From: the human T2T-CHM13v2.0 reference genome, Homo sapiens
NCBI RefSeq assembly: GCF_009914755.1
Contig: NC_060932.1
Strand: one strand, 5' to 3'
Length of the DNA stretch: 64,000 nt
Part shown: piece by piece, positions 1 through 22,874 of the stretch
How the letters are laid out: every line of letters begins with the position of its first letter
Numbering within the stretch: the first letter of the stretch is position 1
Position numbers and translations under genes: made by a program
The notes under the pieces: model-generated
The model's input: only the letters and a program-made list of their open reading frames with translations
What the model was told of the DNA's origin: nothing
Databases searched by the model: none

Positions 1-53
1 ATTAGGTTTGAAAAAAGTGTAACACAATAGACACAGGTTTAAAATATTAATGA

Positions 54-494
<441 letters not shown>

Positions 495-581
495 TAATAA
501 TACTTAAAAACATTTGAGGCACCACAGCTTAGTTCAAAGCTTAGCTTTTGAAATTGTAATAGCCTACAGGGTTCTACTTAC

Positions 582-651
582 CTTTCCTTTGATCATTACT
601 CGCACGTAAGTTGGTTGCACATCAACATCGATTAAAGAGGTATCCATATAC
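582..651 (-). CDS. DNAAF11: DNAAF11 exon 9 (70 nt), CS/p23-like domain
   Basis: Translates YMDTSLIDVDVQPTYVRVMIKGK. Acceptor ttttgaag, donor GTAAGT. Ends on a codon boundary. Confidence 0.96.
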
Positions 652-1349
652 CTTCAAAATTAAACACAGAAAATCTTATAATTTTAAAAAATATCAAGTT
701 TGAATAAGTGCAAATATAAATTCACACTTACAGGACCATTTTAAATGAAGGGCGTTTAAAATATCCATGCAAAATGGGTCTTTAAAAAATTAGTTTTAAA
801 TTAATTCCCAGACCAAAGGAAATTCAATATATCAGCAATTTCATTTTTAGACCCACAAGTATACTTGGCATTGATTGCCCCTAACCCAAAAATATCTGAG
901 GTCTGAAACACCAGAGGTTTGCAAAAAACAGCTTGCCATGCTCTTTCATGAATATTTTATTTTAAGCCCCTAAGACTTGAATAGCCAGGAATGCTGATTC
1001 TACTCTGCTTGAGGCCTGCAACCACCAGCTCCTGCTTCCTTGGCGGCTCTGGATCCCCTGCAGCTGTTCTGCAGCTGCCCTAATACTATCTCTCCTGGAA
1101 GACTAGATTGCTTCTCCCCTCAAAGTCACATCCTGCTGAATAAGCAAACCCTTCTGTTTATGGCAGTGACCCCAAGATCAGGTGGCAATTATTCTCCTCC
1201 ACTCATGAGCAAATTAAAGATTTAGATTTCATATCACTCATTAAATCAGAAGCTTGGCCAAATAATTATGTTCACATACTTCAAAATACTAATTGTGAAC
1301 ATTAGAAACTGCAGAGCTGCTTTAAAAATCACAAATGTTAAGGCAGGTA

Positions 1350-1570
1350 AGCTAATACAAGGGTTACAGGCATAGGTTTGGAGTCACACAGGCTTGTGGG
1401 GAACTGGCTCCATGCCTTCCTGCTTTATTACCTGGGACCACATTCCTTAACCTCTCTAGGCCTCAGTTTCCTCTTCTGTAAAATGGGGATACTACTAACA
1501 CGTAGCCCTAAGATTGTTAGGAAGGAACATGTATAGTGCCCAGTACATAGCTAGTGTTAATAAAGCATCA
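1350..1570 (+). mobile_element. MIR fragment
   Basis: Core motif ccttaacctctctaggcctcagtttcctcttctgtaaaatgggg. Boundaries approximate. Confidence 0.75.
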
Positions 1571-2544
1571 TTATATGCCATTTAAAAACAATTTTTATAA
1601 TAATAATAGAGATGAGGTTTTCTACAGCTTCACATGTGATATCTACACTTAATGGATTATGCAGTATTTTCCATGCTTGGGCCCCCTAAAATGTTCATCT
1701 GTCCTTACCTACATGGCCTTTCTCTGGCAGAAATAATTGTCTGACAGTTCTTTGCAGAGCAAGCTGCTTCTTATCTTTCAATTATCATTGCTCACGTCTC
1801 CCCCTTTCCCTGACTACTCCCCGCACAGCATTATTCCCATCCCTGAACACTGTCCCTCTCCTTGACAGCAGCCTTCTTCCTTTGTAACTCATCAGATGTC
1901 TATTTATTGTCTGTTGCCCTCCCCCACAGGGCTCTAAGTGATAGGAGATCATGACTGGGGAGACAGTTACAGTCTCCCCATGCCTGGCACATAGTAGGTA
2001 TTCTATAGATGCTTGTTGAATAAAGGCAGGAAGCAGGCGTGAACGAATGAATTTAACTTTCAAGTAGACACCTATGTGCCCATAAAGATAACCAGGAATT
2101 ATAGCATAATTCATTTAGACAGAATCATGGGAATGAAAGAGTTTTACTACATAGACTGGAGAAATATTACCACCCCTTAAAATGCACATGCATGGGAATG
2201 AGGAATGTTTCCATTTGAGGACTGAACAGGAAGCAGCCAACAGAGCTGAAAAAGAAAGGGTTATACATTCATTAAACACCAGACATAGGGCCTAAAAATG
2301 GAAAGGACTTACAAGGATGAAACAGTGATTTGTCTGAAAAACAGTAGAAACGGCAGCTTGGGAAGCTGGAGGAGCAGAGGATATGAAGCTAGCTGGAGAA
2401 GAGCTGGGATCTTTGTAAAGGCAGATAACCTGGCAGCAAGCAGGCAGAAGAATTGACAGGAATTCTGTGGAGAGGCACACAGCTGATCTGAGACAGCTTG
2501 GTGTGGAGAGGAAGGGACCACACTAAGGCTAGCCCTGGTACACA

Positions 2545-2995
2545 AGAGCCAAGGTGGAAACAACCCAAATGCCTACCATCTGGTGAACGGATAAACAAAA
2601 TGTGGTACATCTATGCAATGGAATAGTATTTGGCCATAAAAAGGAAGGAAATTCTGACACGTGCAACAACATGGATGAGGCTTGAAGACATTATGGTAAG
2701 TGAAAGAAGCCAGACACAAAGGCCACATGTTGTATGATTCTATTAATATGAAATATCCCAAATAGGCAAATCTATAGAGACAGAAAACAGATTAGTGGTT
2801 GCCATGAAGACAGAGAATGGGCAGTGACTGCTTAAGGACCATGGGGTTTCCTTCTGGGGTGATAAACATTTTCTGGAACTAGACAATGGTAATGGTTGTA
2901 CAATATTGTGAATTTATTAAATGCCATGGTGTTGTCCATTTTGAAATGGTTGAAATGGTCGATTTTAAGTTATGTGTATTTTACCACAATCAAAA
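2545..2995 (+). mobile_element. Old L1 3' end (L1MB-like)
   Basis: ggaaacaacccaaatg...ggataaacaaaatgtggtacatc...agacagaaaacagattagtggttgcc...ttttaccacaat. Confidence 0.8.
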
Positions 2996-3204
2996 CAGCA
3001 AAGTTGGTTGAAGTCCTGAGGGCTGATGTTCTGGCTCCTTCGGTCCCTGTTCACTTTGACAAGACTCACTCTTGGAAAAGTTACCCCCTCTTGGGTAATA
3101 ATCCCTCCAACCTCCCAGGGTTACTGAGAGATTAAATAAAATGGGGCACATCAAAAGCCATTAAAAAGAGAAAGGCATTTATTATAATTCATGCATGTAA
3201 ACAT

Positions 3205-3620
3205 TCATCCATTCATTCATGCATGTCAATGTCATACTCCCATCATCAGTATTTGTTCATTCATTCATTCATTCATTCATTCTTGTGTTTATTGAGCACC
3301 TAACAGGTGCCAGGTATTGTTTTAGGTGTGGAGATGTAGAGAGGAAAGAACAAACAAAACAAGCTTCCTGCTCTGACCACAAACTTTTAAGAATACAAGT
3401 AAATTTACACTTTGTCAGCAGGAAGTCAAAAAGTAGAAAGAGTGGAAGGAAGTGCTGGGCAGGGGTAGGTACTGCTTTATGTCAGATGGTGGGGCAGAGA
3501 GGCCCCTCTAATGAGGTGACATCTGAGCAGAGGCCTGAAGGACACGAGGCAGCAAGCCACAAGGACACCGAGGGTGATACAGGCAGAGGGAAGCACAGGC
3601 AAGCAGCCTCTGAGATGGTG
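3205..3620 (-). mobile_element. L2 3' fragment with (CATT)n tail
   Basis: cattcattcattc...tttattgagcacct...tgccagg, then gaggtgacatctgagcagaggcctgaagga. Confidence 0.75.
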
Positions 3621-4328
3621 CCAGGGGACACTGAGGTCATCAGAAGGATGTATCGGCACAGTGAACCAGGGCCTAAAATCTTCAGGGAATGAGGCAGAGT
3701 GACCTGCTGCCTTTAGATGCTTCCACAAAGAAGAGAAGAAGGGGATACAGGCTGAAGGTTTGAGTGTCAAAGCCATGGAGCTTTAGGGAGGAGAAAAGGA
3801 CAATAGTTTGGGTGTGGTGATGAGGGCAGGCAGGAGGTCTGTGCCACTCCTACCCATGGGTGAGAAAACAGGCAGGATGTGAGAGGGCAGCAGGGAAGAA
3901 GGGTCCACTGGTGACAGGGGCTGCTAGGTGTTCCCCCAGGCCTCTGAGATGGGACTGAGGGAGGGGAGCCGATCACCTGATACCTACTACTATAGGAAGG
4001 CATTTTAGACAAAAACAGAGGACTATGCCAGCAAAGACAGAGTGGGGTCCTTGTAGTATCAGCATCAGAAAACAGCACAGGTCTGAGAATTATTTAAACT
4101 CTGCCTTAGATATTCCTGAGTTCATATCCATGAAATTGTGGCTTTATTTACCTTTCCTTTCATTTTCATGCTTTTAAAAATTATAGTAACTTCTCTGTCT
4201 TAACAAATAAGCTTCATTTAACTATAGGTCTAAGTCAATTCCATTTCAATTTTTTCAAACTAAAAAATTACTACTGAGAATGAAAACAGACAGAAATGTC
4301 ATAAATAAATACGTAGAAAATGTCTTTA

Positions 4329-4427
<99 letters not shown>

Positions 4428-5404
4428 TTAGGATACTGTATAGAAAACCCCATCATAAATTCATAAGCAGATTAGATAATAATTCTATAATAATATCCAA
4501 AGACAACTTATTTTAGTGGTTGAACAATCAAATATCAACGGTAATTTTAACATTTCAGCAAAACCTACAACATATTAATAAATTATTTGTGTTTACAGTG
4601 TTTAAATGTGAGAATCTTAAGGTAAATTACACACAAAAAATTAGCTTTGGTGCAGAGATAGAGACATCTGGTGGCTAAAGTTTTCTTTTCCATCTCATAT
4701 GAGTTTGCCAGAAGCAAACTAAAACATTGGAATTATTTATGGAGAACTAAAGGTTGCTTTTGCCTCCCCTTTATCCTGCATTCTATTCCTTAAGTTTTAG
4801 AGTCCTGTCTTCCTTCTTTTTTCTTGCTATCTTTTTTCTTCTCCTTTCATCGCTGACCTTTCCATTGCCCTGAAAAAGGCTGAGACACTGCTCATTATCT
4901 ATTACCTCTGTTTTATAGATGAAGAAACAGAGGTTCAAAGAGGTTGGCATAGCTGAATTATAATAAATGCCTTTACACTTTCTCTGCACGAGCCTGGCTA
5001 GGCAGGATTTCAAAGCTCCACCATCTTTCAACTGTACCCCGAGGCTGAGTCCTAGGTCTAGCTTCCACACTGAACAACATACTATCAGAATTGCCTGGTC
5101 AATTTTCTTTTGAACATTTCAGTTACTGTATTACTCTATAAAACATACAACTCAACAATATTAAAGAACATAAGCTAAACTGTTTAGGAAAATGTGAAGT
5201 TAGCGATAGATTTGGCTGTTCGCCCCATTTCTGCTTGTGGCAGGCACTGTCTCATTGCTTTCAATAGTCAGGCCTGTGGGACTTCTTCAGTGTCTCAAAT
5301 GACCCATGCATTTGTAGAACCTCATCTCAGGAGCCTTTTTATATGCTCCTGCTCTGCCTCGATTGCTTATTACTTGTAAAGTAATTTCAGAGAATTTTCC
5401 TATG

Positions 5405-5660
5405 GCAGAGATTGCTATTTAGTTGCTATCTGCTTCCCCTTTATTCCTAGTGACAGGAACCATGGTTTTAACTAGGGGCATGGCTATGTACAATAAAGGT
5501 TGCATTCTCTGGCCTCCCTTGCAGGTGGGTGAGGTCATGTGAGGGACAGTCGTTGTATGGCACTTTCTAAGAATGTCCCTTAAGAAAAGGAGCGTGTATC
5601 CTTTCTTCCCTTTTTTCTTCTTTATTTAGCTGAGTAGAACAGAATGTAGGAGGCCAACAG
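5405..5660 (+). mobile_element. MaLR LTR fragment (MLT1J-like)
   Basis: Resembles the MLT1J motif ...ggcctcccttgcaggtgggtgaggtcatgtga. Approximate. Confidence 0.5.
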
Positions 5661-6006
5661 ATAAACCATGGAGACTGCTTAATAAGCAATTGCAACTGTC
5701 CAAGCAAGAGTTAGTGTCCACTAGTGGTGGTGGTGGGGTCAGTGAGATGTGGCTGGATTCTGATAATATCGAAGGAAGAGTTCATAGGACGCACTGATAA
5801 AATGAGGGAGAGAAGAATTAAGGGAGAATCCAAGGTTTCTGGTCTTAGCCAAGGGGTGAATGTGTGTTACTGAGATGGAGAACACAGGGACACAAGCACA
5901 CGATGCTGGAGAGTGTTAGTGAGGCTGGAAATCAGGGGTTCTCTTTTAGTCGTCATAAGTGTGCAATGACTCTCTTATATCCACCCAGTGATGTCAAACA
6001 GCTAAT

Positions 6007-6430
6007 TGTTAGAAACAAATTTTCAGTGCCACAAAGTGAAACCAGCACTCAGGCAAAAGTTTTCTCAGCAAGGCAATATACTTCTATAGAAGGGCACTTC
6101 CTGCATGCAAGGCAGAGGCAAGGGAGAGTGAGCAAAACAAAGGAGAGCAGGAGTTTTTTATCCCTAACACAGACCCTATTCCTATGTCCTTCCACTGCAG
6201 GCTGGGGTTGGACCGCTCAATCTAGGCTAATTCTGATTGGCTACTGTTGACATCATCAAAGGAGGCAACAGTGGGCATTTCACAGGAAGGAAAGGTACGG
6301 TATATCTTGGGGTGTTTGGGCACAGTAGAGATAGGGAGGGCTGACAGATGAATGGGTACAATTATCTTTTAGAATAGAACAAAGAACCAGGAACCGAAAC
6401 CCTCTGAAGAGGAACTATATATTCTTAACA
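6007..6430 (-). mobile_element. Solo LTR (probably ERVL class) interrupting an L2
   Basis: 424-bp block with terminal inverted TGTTA...TAACA and an internal CCAAT box (gattgg). L2-like sequence on both sides. Family uncertain and no clear TSD. Confidence 0.65.
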
Positions 6431-6697
6431 ACATAACTGAATAGACAAGTCTTGAGCTCAGAGAAGAGGTTGGATCGAGTTGGGAGAAATGTAAAGGGAG
6501 TGTTTACAGCCATGGGATTTGGTGAGAGCCATGAAGAGCGAATGTGAAAAGGGAAGACAGCTGAGGAGTTTGTTATAGGGCACCCAAAAAACAAAATCAA
6601 AAGGATCTGTCAAAGCTTAGGAAGATGAGCAGTCAGTAAGATAGAAGAAAAATCAGAAGCAAAGGGAAGAAATTGCTTTAAGAAGGATGGTACTGAA

Positions 6698-8760
<2,063 letters not shown>

Positions 8761-8779
8761 AGAAGGATGGTACTGAACA

Positions 8780-10460
<1,681 letters not shown>

Positions 10461-11713
10461 GGCTGTAACTGCCCCTGTGGTGTATGTGGTGAGGAAGAAC
10501 AGCTGTCAGCCACAGAAGTGAACCCTCCACTTCAGTTAGTGAAAGAGGAGAAACGGTGGAAGCTTCAGGCTTTGCTGTCCAAGCTCAAGCTCCAGAGGGC
10601 ACAGGGGTCCAAAAGGGGTGACAATGAGTTGAAGTGGATCAGCGCCATTTGGGTATAAGATTCTGGCCAGTGGTGCATGACCTGGGAGGGGAGGAACAGG
10701 GGATGATCACATGTCAGGAGGCAGTGCTAGTGAGGAGGTGGTGGGTAAACAGTTCTTCATAGAATCAATCTCAGTAGAACTGGTTTTAGGGGCAGGTGAG
10801 GCTGCAGTGTGTGGGAAGAGTGGTGGTCTTACCAGAGACACATGGAGTTCCGAGAGTCTCCCTTGAGTTCTGTTGTAGGCTAAATAGAGACCGCCTAAAG
10901 TCGATTTCTGAACTCCATGAGGTCAGAAAGAAACCTGTTAACAGTCATTGCTCTATCCCCAGGGCCTAGCCTAGTGTTCTGTCTTGCATTCCTGTCTGCT
11001 GAGTGTGGGTAAGGGGAAGGAATTATAAAGTTTATCATGGAAGTCACTAGAACTAGGTTAGCATGAGCAACTCAGAAACACCACCTATTAGCTGTGTGAC
11101 CTTGGGCAAGTCACTCCACCTCTCTCAGGCCCAGGTTCTGGACATGTAAAAAAGAAATACTGTTTACCACCTGTGACTGCTGTGAAGACAAATGATGCCC
11201 AGGAATAATTCAGGATTGTACCTTCACCATGGTCATGACAGAGCAAATGAAATGATGACAGAAAATAGGTTTGAGTAATAAAATGAAGTGAATGAGATTT
11301 AGTCTGTAGGCTCTCTGGTCTGTATTTTAGCTACAAAAGGCTTTTCTGTCCTGCTTTCTAATTTCAATTTTTAAGACAGACAAAGAGGGTAGATCAGATG
11401 TGATTATACTTGAAGATTTCCAGTTTGAGTATCCATCCTCTCATTAAATTCATTGAGGGTATTATATTGATTTCCTTCCCTAGCTCTCCAGTGCTTTGTA
11501 GATGTGCTCCAGAGTATAAAGTAGATGTATAGAAGGTACATCAGTATTCTCAAGCAGCTTGCTCATGGCAGAGTTTTAAAAATTCATAAATACAACAATA
11601 ATGTGATGGCAATTTTCAGGCATAAAACTGTATATGGTCCAAAGTTTCATGGGGTACATAAATAACTAAGATCTCCATATGTCAAGATCATTTTCTAGAT
11701 GCCAAGAAAATTA

Positions 11714-12127
<414 letters not shown>

Positions 12128-12399
12128 TTAAGTCCATTCCTTTAATTCTATGCTGGGAACTGACAATCAAGCCAGATTTTTTATATGGTTGTATCTGTAT
12201 CTGTACAGCAAAAAAATGACCAAGACAATTTGCCAGATAATTTGAATGAGGGAAGAAAACTCCTTTTCATGAATGTCTATTAATATTTAAGTAAGTCTAT
12301 TTTATACATGATTTACCCAGATAACTGTCAACTCTCCATTTGTGCACAGAGCTTCTGCTTTAGCTAAAATACAACATTTAACATACCAAGTAGAATCTA

Positions 12400-12990
12400 T
12401 TCAATAGAAATAAAAATACCAGCACAGAAGAATCTATATAAAAGGATATTTCTCACAGCATTATTTACAGTAGCAAACCCCTGGAACTGTTGTGAATGTC
12501 CATCAGTGGAAAAATGGTTGGATCAACTGTGCTTCATTCATGCTATAAAATATTTTGCAGCTATTAAAAAATGTGTTTGCTCATTACCTATTGATTTAGA
12601 AAAGTGTTGATGATGTATTTAGTGAGAAAAAATATATAAAATATAAATCCATTTTTGTTTTACAAAAAGACCCCAAATCCTACATTTGCAGAGATAAGTT
12701 ATACAATTACAAAGAGCAAAAAAAAAAATGTAGTGAGATCAACCCAAGCCTGTTAACACTCATTACACTGAAGGGTTGGATAGGAGGTAAATAAAGGAAG
12801 CAAATAATAGAAGATTAATGGAGTAATAGGAAATTAAAATGCAGTATGTAAATTCTATTTAAAAGATTACTGAAAGTATATAGAACCTTAAATAGGCAAA
12901 TATGGACAATATCTAGATCAGATAAACAAATCTGTTTAGATGATGGAACTGTTGGCAATTCTTTGCCTTAAATTTCTATTGTACTTTTAA
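12400..12990 (+). mobile_element. Ancient L1 3' region (L1ME-like)
   Basis: cacagcattatttacagtagcaaa...aatgtccatcagtggaaaaatggttg...aatattttgcagctattaaaaa. Confidence 0.65.
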
Positions 12991-14548
12991 TACAGATTTT
13001 GTGTCAGTTAACTTTATTTTGGAAAAAATCATTCACACTCTTCTGCATTTTAAACTGGGCCTCCAGATCCAATGGAGTTAATATTTCAATGACCCAGGAC
13101 AATTAAGGGGCATCCACAAGCCCTTGGCTTCACCCTACTCAGTGTAAAGCAGATCAGAGTTAGGAACAAAAGATTTCTTTTGTCCCTGCTTACACCGAAT
13201 TAATAAAAATGGTAACACAATCAGAGGCAAACATCTCACAGACTCACTGGATTGGGAAATCTAAGGTGTCCAAAACATAGTGACTCAGATCTCCATCCAA
13301 TTCAGCCTTACTTTATTAGGTAACAGGGAGTAAAAAAAATTTCTCCTTATTTCAGGCTCAATTCATAACAGATTAGATATTATTTCTACATACCCACAGA
13401 TATATAAATATAACATATGTGTGTATGGGTATATATGTAAGAAATAGTTCACATTCTATAAACATGTAGAACTTCCATTTCAAAGGGCTCTTGAGTCTGC
13501 AAAGCACTTTCACAGGTATAGGCTCATCTGATTTTCTTAACAGTACAGTGGGGTAGGTAAGACAGGTATGATAATCCCTGTTTAGCAGATGAAGAAACAG
13601 ATGAGGAGAAGTTAGGTACTTGCCAACATCACACAGAGGGTAATAGTGGAGTCAAGACATGCATACATAATCTTATTCAATGCTCTTCCCAAAGGACTGT
13701 GTAGTCCCTTAGTGTGCAAATCACCCACGTTTTACAAACAAGTATTTTAGATAAAATTTGATTTTTGATTGTTATACCTCCCTAAAACTTTATGAAAGCA
13801 GCTGAGATTTCAAATCTTTTTTACTTCTAGTTTCTTGCTTTTAGTTGTTAATCACAAGGAGAGATATTGTGTTTTGTTTCACTTGAGTCATTGCCATGTA
13901 GATTACTATATTTCAGGGCTAATTTATCACATTCTCAAGCTCATGAATAATAAGTATTCCCATAAGTTATATATTTTACATACTAGACTTAAGCAATGAC
14001 ATGAAATGGAATGACACAAAATCTATTTTTGAAAAAGCTACTCTGAAGATAATAGCATAAAAATCCTAGCTTCTAACAAATCATCAAATTATATGTAAAC
14101 AACTCAAAAGTGAAATCATGCTGTTAAATGTCCAAGAAAGTTGTATTAGGAAAATAAAATGTCTAATGAAACTAGTTTCTAATTCTTCACTTTGCAAATT
14201 AATAGAACAGACTCAAAAAGGAGCCCATTCATTCCACAAAATGACCTTTTTCTAGGCTAGAAATACTAATGTATTAGTGTAACTTAATACACTATTATTA
14301 GGCATATTAAAAGTGGTAAAAAGCTAAAGATATACAAACAAACCTCTACCTAAAATGTCATAATTCATGATGTTCTAAAGAAGGTACTTTGATATTAATG
14401 AATGTTAGCCAATACAATTCAACAAAAAGCTATACTTAGAAAAAACAAAATCTATATACAAGTGCTAAAGGTTTAACACAAATAATGGGTCAAAAAATGG
14501 GCAATCATAAAAATATAGTTGATAAGTGGCTACTGCTTCCCTCTCCTA

Positions 14549-14836
<288 letters not shown>

Positions 14837-15017
14837 TTATGTGATCTTCTTACCTTTGAATGACAAAGTGACTCTGAAAGACAGTTTAACCAGGCCTGGT
14901 TACCCTGCATGGATATGTAGTGAGATCAACCCAAGGCTGTTAGCACTCATTACATTGAAAGGTTGAATAGGGCAGGCCTTCATCTTCTATCATCAGGAAT
15001 ATTGCTGTAATCAGATT

Positions 15018-15185
15018 CCAGGGTTCACAGACCTGACTGCTAAGAATCACCTGGGGAGCTTTATAAAAAGTACAGATTCCTGGGCTCTCATCAGAAAGCC
15101 TATTCAGTAGATCTGAAGTAGTAGATCTGAAGCCTGGGAATCTGTGTTTTATAATATTTTGCAGGAGATTCTGATGATCAGACAA
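15018..15185. mobile_element. MER5-family hAT MITE with a small internal tandem duplication
   Basis: agaatcacctggggagcttt...cagattcctgggc...gggaatctgtgtttt. agtagatctgaag occurs twice at a period of 14. Confidence 0.75.
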
Positions 15186-15340
15186 GAAATCACCCCACTT
15201 CTAATCTTGTACCTGTCAATTACACTCTCCACACTACTTCCAGAAGGACTTTTCTAGCAGGCAAATTGGATCACATTATTTCCAGGTTTTTAAATGATTC
15301 TCTTATCTCCAAAATTCGCTTGTGGGACCTATGGCACCTT

Positions 15341-15643
15341 CTTTTTTTTCTTTTTTTTTTGAGACGGAGTCTCCCTCTGTCGCCCAGGCTGGAGTGCAGT
15401 GGCCAGTGGTCTCTGCTCACCGCAAGCTCCGCCTCTCGGGTTCACGCCATTCTCCTGCCTCAGCCTCCTGAGTAGCTGGGACTACAGGCGCCTGCCACCA
15501 CACCCGGCTAATTTTTTGTATTTTTAGTAGAGATGAGGTTTCACCGTGTTAGCCAGGATGGTCTCAATCTCCTGACCTCATGATCCACCCGCCTCGGCCT
15601 CCCAAAGCGCTGGCATTACAGGCATGAGCCACCGCACCCAGCC
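15341..15643 (-). mobile_element. AluY-like
   Basis: Diagnostic gcaagctccgcc, ttcacgccattctcc and gttagccaggatggtc. Confidence 0.95.
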
Positions 15644-17424
15644 GGCACTTTTTATATTATGGCCTGTGTCTAGTTTATTTTTCATGGATAACTTCTGATT
15701 ATGTAGCTTTACATGGTAACAGTTCTCTCTTCCCTTTTATTCATGTTTTGTGGACTGTCAGAGAATTAAACAACGTCTCTGTATGTCATCAAATGGGTAT
15801 TATATGAGATATTCAACATTTGTTCAACATGGATCCAAAATATATTTATTTATTAAGCATCTTCTGTTGTGCCAGGCACCAGAGATACAACCCTGGCCTA
15901 CATAAACCACGATGCTACTTTCAGGAGATTCTATTCTTGTGGCAAGAAAATGACATCATTTAAGCGATAAACATTAGGTACAGTCTCTCTCCCCTCACCT
16001 CTCCCTAGAATAGACACTTTATTAGATGACATCAAATGAAAAAAATTACATGAAGCCTTTAATACAACTACAGCAAATAGTAGGTACTCAATACATGTTG
16101 GGTTTTGTTAATGAATGAGGTGACAAGAAAGGCTTCTTTAGCTGATCTTCAAACTAAAGATATTTTCTTCATTTTGAAAGTATCTTTTCAAATATATTTT
16201 CTTTATTTTGAAAATATTGTGAAAGATACTTTTCAAAGGGATGAACTGAAAATACTAGAACATGAAATTTAAGTAGCATCAATAGAATATAGAGTAAAAT
16301 TCTGCTTAGATTCTTTGCAGATACAATGCAACTAAATATTTTAATAAGCAAAATAATGCAAATTGCTGAAAATAAATAAATTGCTTTGCTATACAGCTAC
16401 AGTTCTTTATGGTATTGAAAGAATAATCTATGAAGGGTATCTATAATATTCTACAATATTCTATATAATTGCCACTGAAATAATTGGTTCCATTCTCATT
16501 TAACCATTTAAATTATATTTTTCCTGGAAAGTGACTAATTGGTTCAATCTGGCCTTTTGCAATCTAAAATAATAATTATAAAAACATAAAAATAACAGTA
16601 CTTAAGAAATTTATCAGAGATATGAGCTAAATAACATAAGTCTCCAAGGCAAAATGCATATAAATGTGTGTAACTGGTTGATGAAACAGAGTGAGCTCAT
16701 TAGTGTATGATCAAAAAAACTTTCTCTTCAACCATTGCCTTCAAACCTGCTCTCTCAGAACTCTCTTCCCATCCATAAGCAGATCCCACAGCTGTAGAGT
16801 CACTTTTAAGAGCAGCATGATCTCAGCTAAACATTCATTTTCAGGTACTAAAGGGTCTAAAGTTTAAATAAAAGTTCAGACCTAAATTTCAAATCGAAGC
16901 CATTCCCTCCCCCTCCAACCCATTCTCTCTCCTGGCCCTGTTCCAGATTGGGGTGTGCACGGGAAGAGGGACACCCTCTCGTTCTACTTTTCATTGTCAT
17001 CCATTCCTTCCTCTGAATCCCATACTACTGGGCCTCTTAGGTTCAGAGTCTTCCTGCCTTGAGAATTTGGGGCTTGGGAAGATGAATGAGGAGAAGAATG
17101 TGAACATGCTTATATGACCACTCCTATTATAACCTGGCTGCTGCTACCCTCGCTGGGACCAATATCCAGATACTGGTTTCTCTTCCTGCAAGCACCTTTG
17201 TCATTCTTGGAGACACTACAAGAGTCCTCCAAGTGTACTGTTCACTGTAGAGGTGGTCAATATACTTCCTGGCTCCTTTTGTGATAAATCCCCAGCTTCT
17301 GCCACTGATAATCCACCCCCTAGTGACTTATTGCTGCTGTCCTCTTGGACAGCATCTCTTCAAGACAGCTCAAACCCAGCCCCTTCTACCATGTCTACTT
17401 GTTCTATAAAATATTCACAAATCT

Positions 17425-17788
<364 letters not shown>

Positions 17789-18049
17789 TTAGGCTGCTCC
17801 AGGCCACTTTCTATCTTTTCAATTCTCCAGGCTGGAGGCAGGCTCTACCTAGTCAAGAGGTAGATGTTCATCTCCCTTTCTTGCAGCCTCTAATTCTCTG
17901 TAGTGTTTCTTCTTGAAGCCTTGAGAGGGGAGTAACCTCCTACTCCTCCCCAACTAATTCAATGATTCAGGATTTCAATGATTCTCTCCAGAATGTCTAC
18001 GTTTCTGTTCAAATAGGCTAAATAGGGTGAGAATGATGAAGACTCAAGG

Positions 18050-21000
<2,951 letters not shown>

Positions 21001-21032
21001 GATATTTTATTTCTTATTTAAAAAAAGATCCA

Positions 21033-21325
21033 TCATTCTCAGCAAACTATTGCAAGGACAAAAAACCAAACACCGCATGTTCTCACTCATAGGTGGGAAT
21101 TGAACAATGAGAACACATGGACACAGGAAGGGGAACATCACACACCGGGGCCTGTTGTGGGGTTGGGGGAGTGGGGAGGGATAGCATTAGGAGATATACC
21201 TAATGTTAAATGAAGAATTAATGGGTGCAGCACACCAACATGGCACATGTATACATATGTAACAAACCTGCACGTTGTGCACATGTACTCTAAAACTTAA
21301 AGTATAATTTAAAAAAAAGTAAAAA
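21033..21325 (+). mobile_element. Short L1PA 3' end (L1PA4/5-like)
   Basis: ORF2 end, 3'UTR and A tail. TSD aaaaaaagatcca at 21020-21032 and 21326-21338. Confidence 0.93.
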
Positions 21326-22019
21326 AAAAAAAGATCCAAAGCAAACATACAAACTATTGTCATTTATTAAATCTAGGTGGTAGAACTACAAGCTGCCTAT
21401 ATAACTATTTTCAAACATTTATGTATGTCTGCAATATTTTATAATTATTATTTTCTCAATTTTAAGGGATTCTGTTATCTAAATACTTAATACTTTCACT
21501 GTATGGAATCAAATCAACTGACTATAGTTGCAATTCACTTAAAATAAACAAACATGAAAAATTTAATTTTTAAAAAACCAATTAGAGAGTTATTAATCAC
21601 ATTAAAAATGTATTCAGTATTTTTCTGAAATCTATTCCAATTCAGAAAATAGAATGTTTTATGATGCAATTAGAATTATTCAAATTATAATGTGATTTGT
21701 ATTTAACTTTTCTAAAATATTCCTAGTTCGTAAATCAAAGTACACCTGTTAATTCATCTTTTCTGTACACATTTTACGGATTTCTCTGAGAATAATTTTA
21801 GATGCAAATTAAAGTTGCTAGTTTAAAAAGGAATTTTTCCCCCAAGGAAAGAAAGCCTTACAGAATTGTCACAAGCAATGGGATGCTCATATTCTTCCAT
21901 CCAAAATTCACATCATATTTCATTCTTCAAATTAATCTGGAATATAAGTGTACTGCAAACAACTTGGAAAGAGAATACAGTTTGCTGCTTTTAACAAAAG
22001 TTAACTAGAAAGTAAACTA

Positions 22020-22289
<270 letters not shown>

Positions 22290-22874
22290 TCAAAAGTAGC
22301 AGTGTGAATCAGCCCCAGGTTGATTTTGATTAGAAATAATAATATACCCGATAGTGATAGAGAATTAAAACAATATAATTAATGGGAAATATCAGAACAT
22401 TGTTCTAAATTAATGTATATTTCATATAATTTACACAGTTTAAAAAATACCTTTACTAGTAATAATAATAATTAGGTCTGTTAAAACTGATAATTAATAC
22501 AAGCTCTCAAAATATTTTCTATTAATTTTATAATTGCTCACTATGTCAAAAATGTCAATGCTTAAGTCAAATCATAGCTTCAAAGTACAACAATGGCACT
22601 TCCCAAAAGCTCTCTACAGAAAAAAAAGGCCTTGAATATTACACATGATTGGGCTCTAATACAAATGAGCCCATGTTTCACCCTTAACAACAAGACAAAC
22701 AGATAGGCTATTGTTACAGCATTGTTTACATCTGATACTTCAATTATGATTTTCCAAAGTAAAATATTAAAATAAAAGCATCAACTAAAGTTCTAAAATG
22801 TTAAAGCTAACAGTTTAAAGATACCTATTTATCTACCCTGCCTTATTCTGCAAAATGAGGTGAGGTATTTAGGA

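Noticed and set aside
2798-2811. X-box-like GTTGCCATGAAGAC (RFX)
   Set aside because: Imperfect, derived from an L1MB consensus segment, and far from the promoter.
2941-2959. ttgaaatggttgaaatggt short repeat
   Set aside because: Resembles the normal duplicated motif of L1MB 3' ends.
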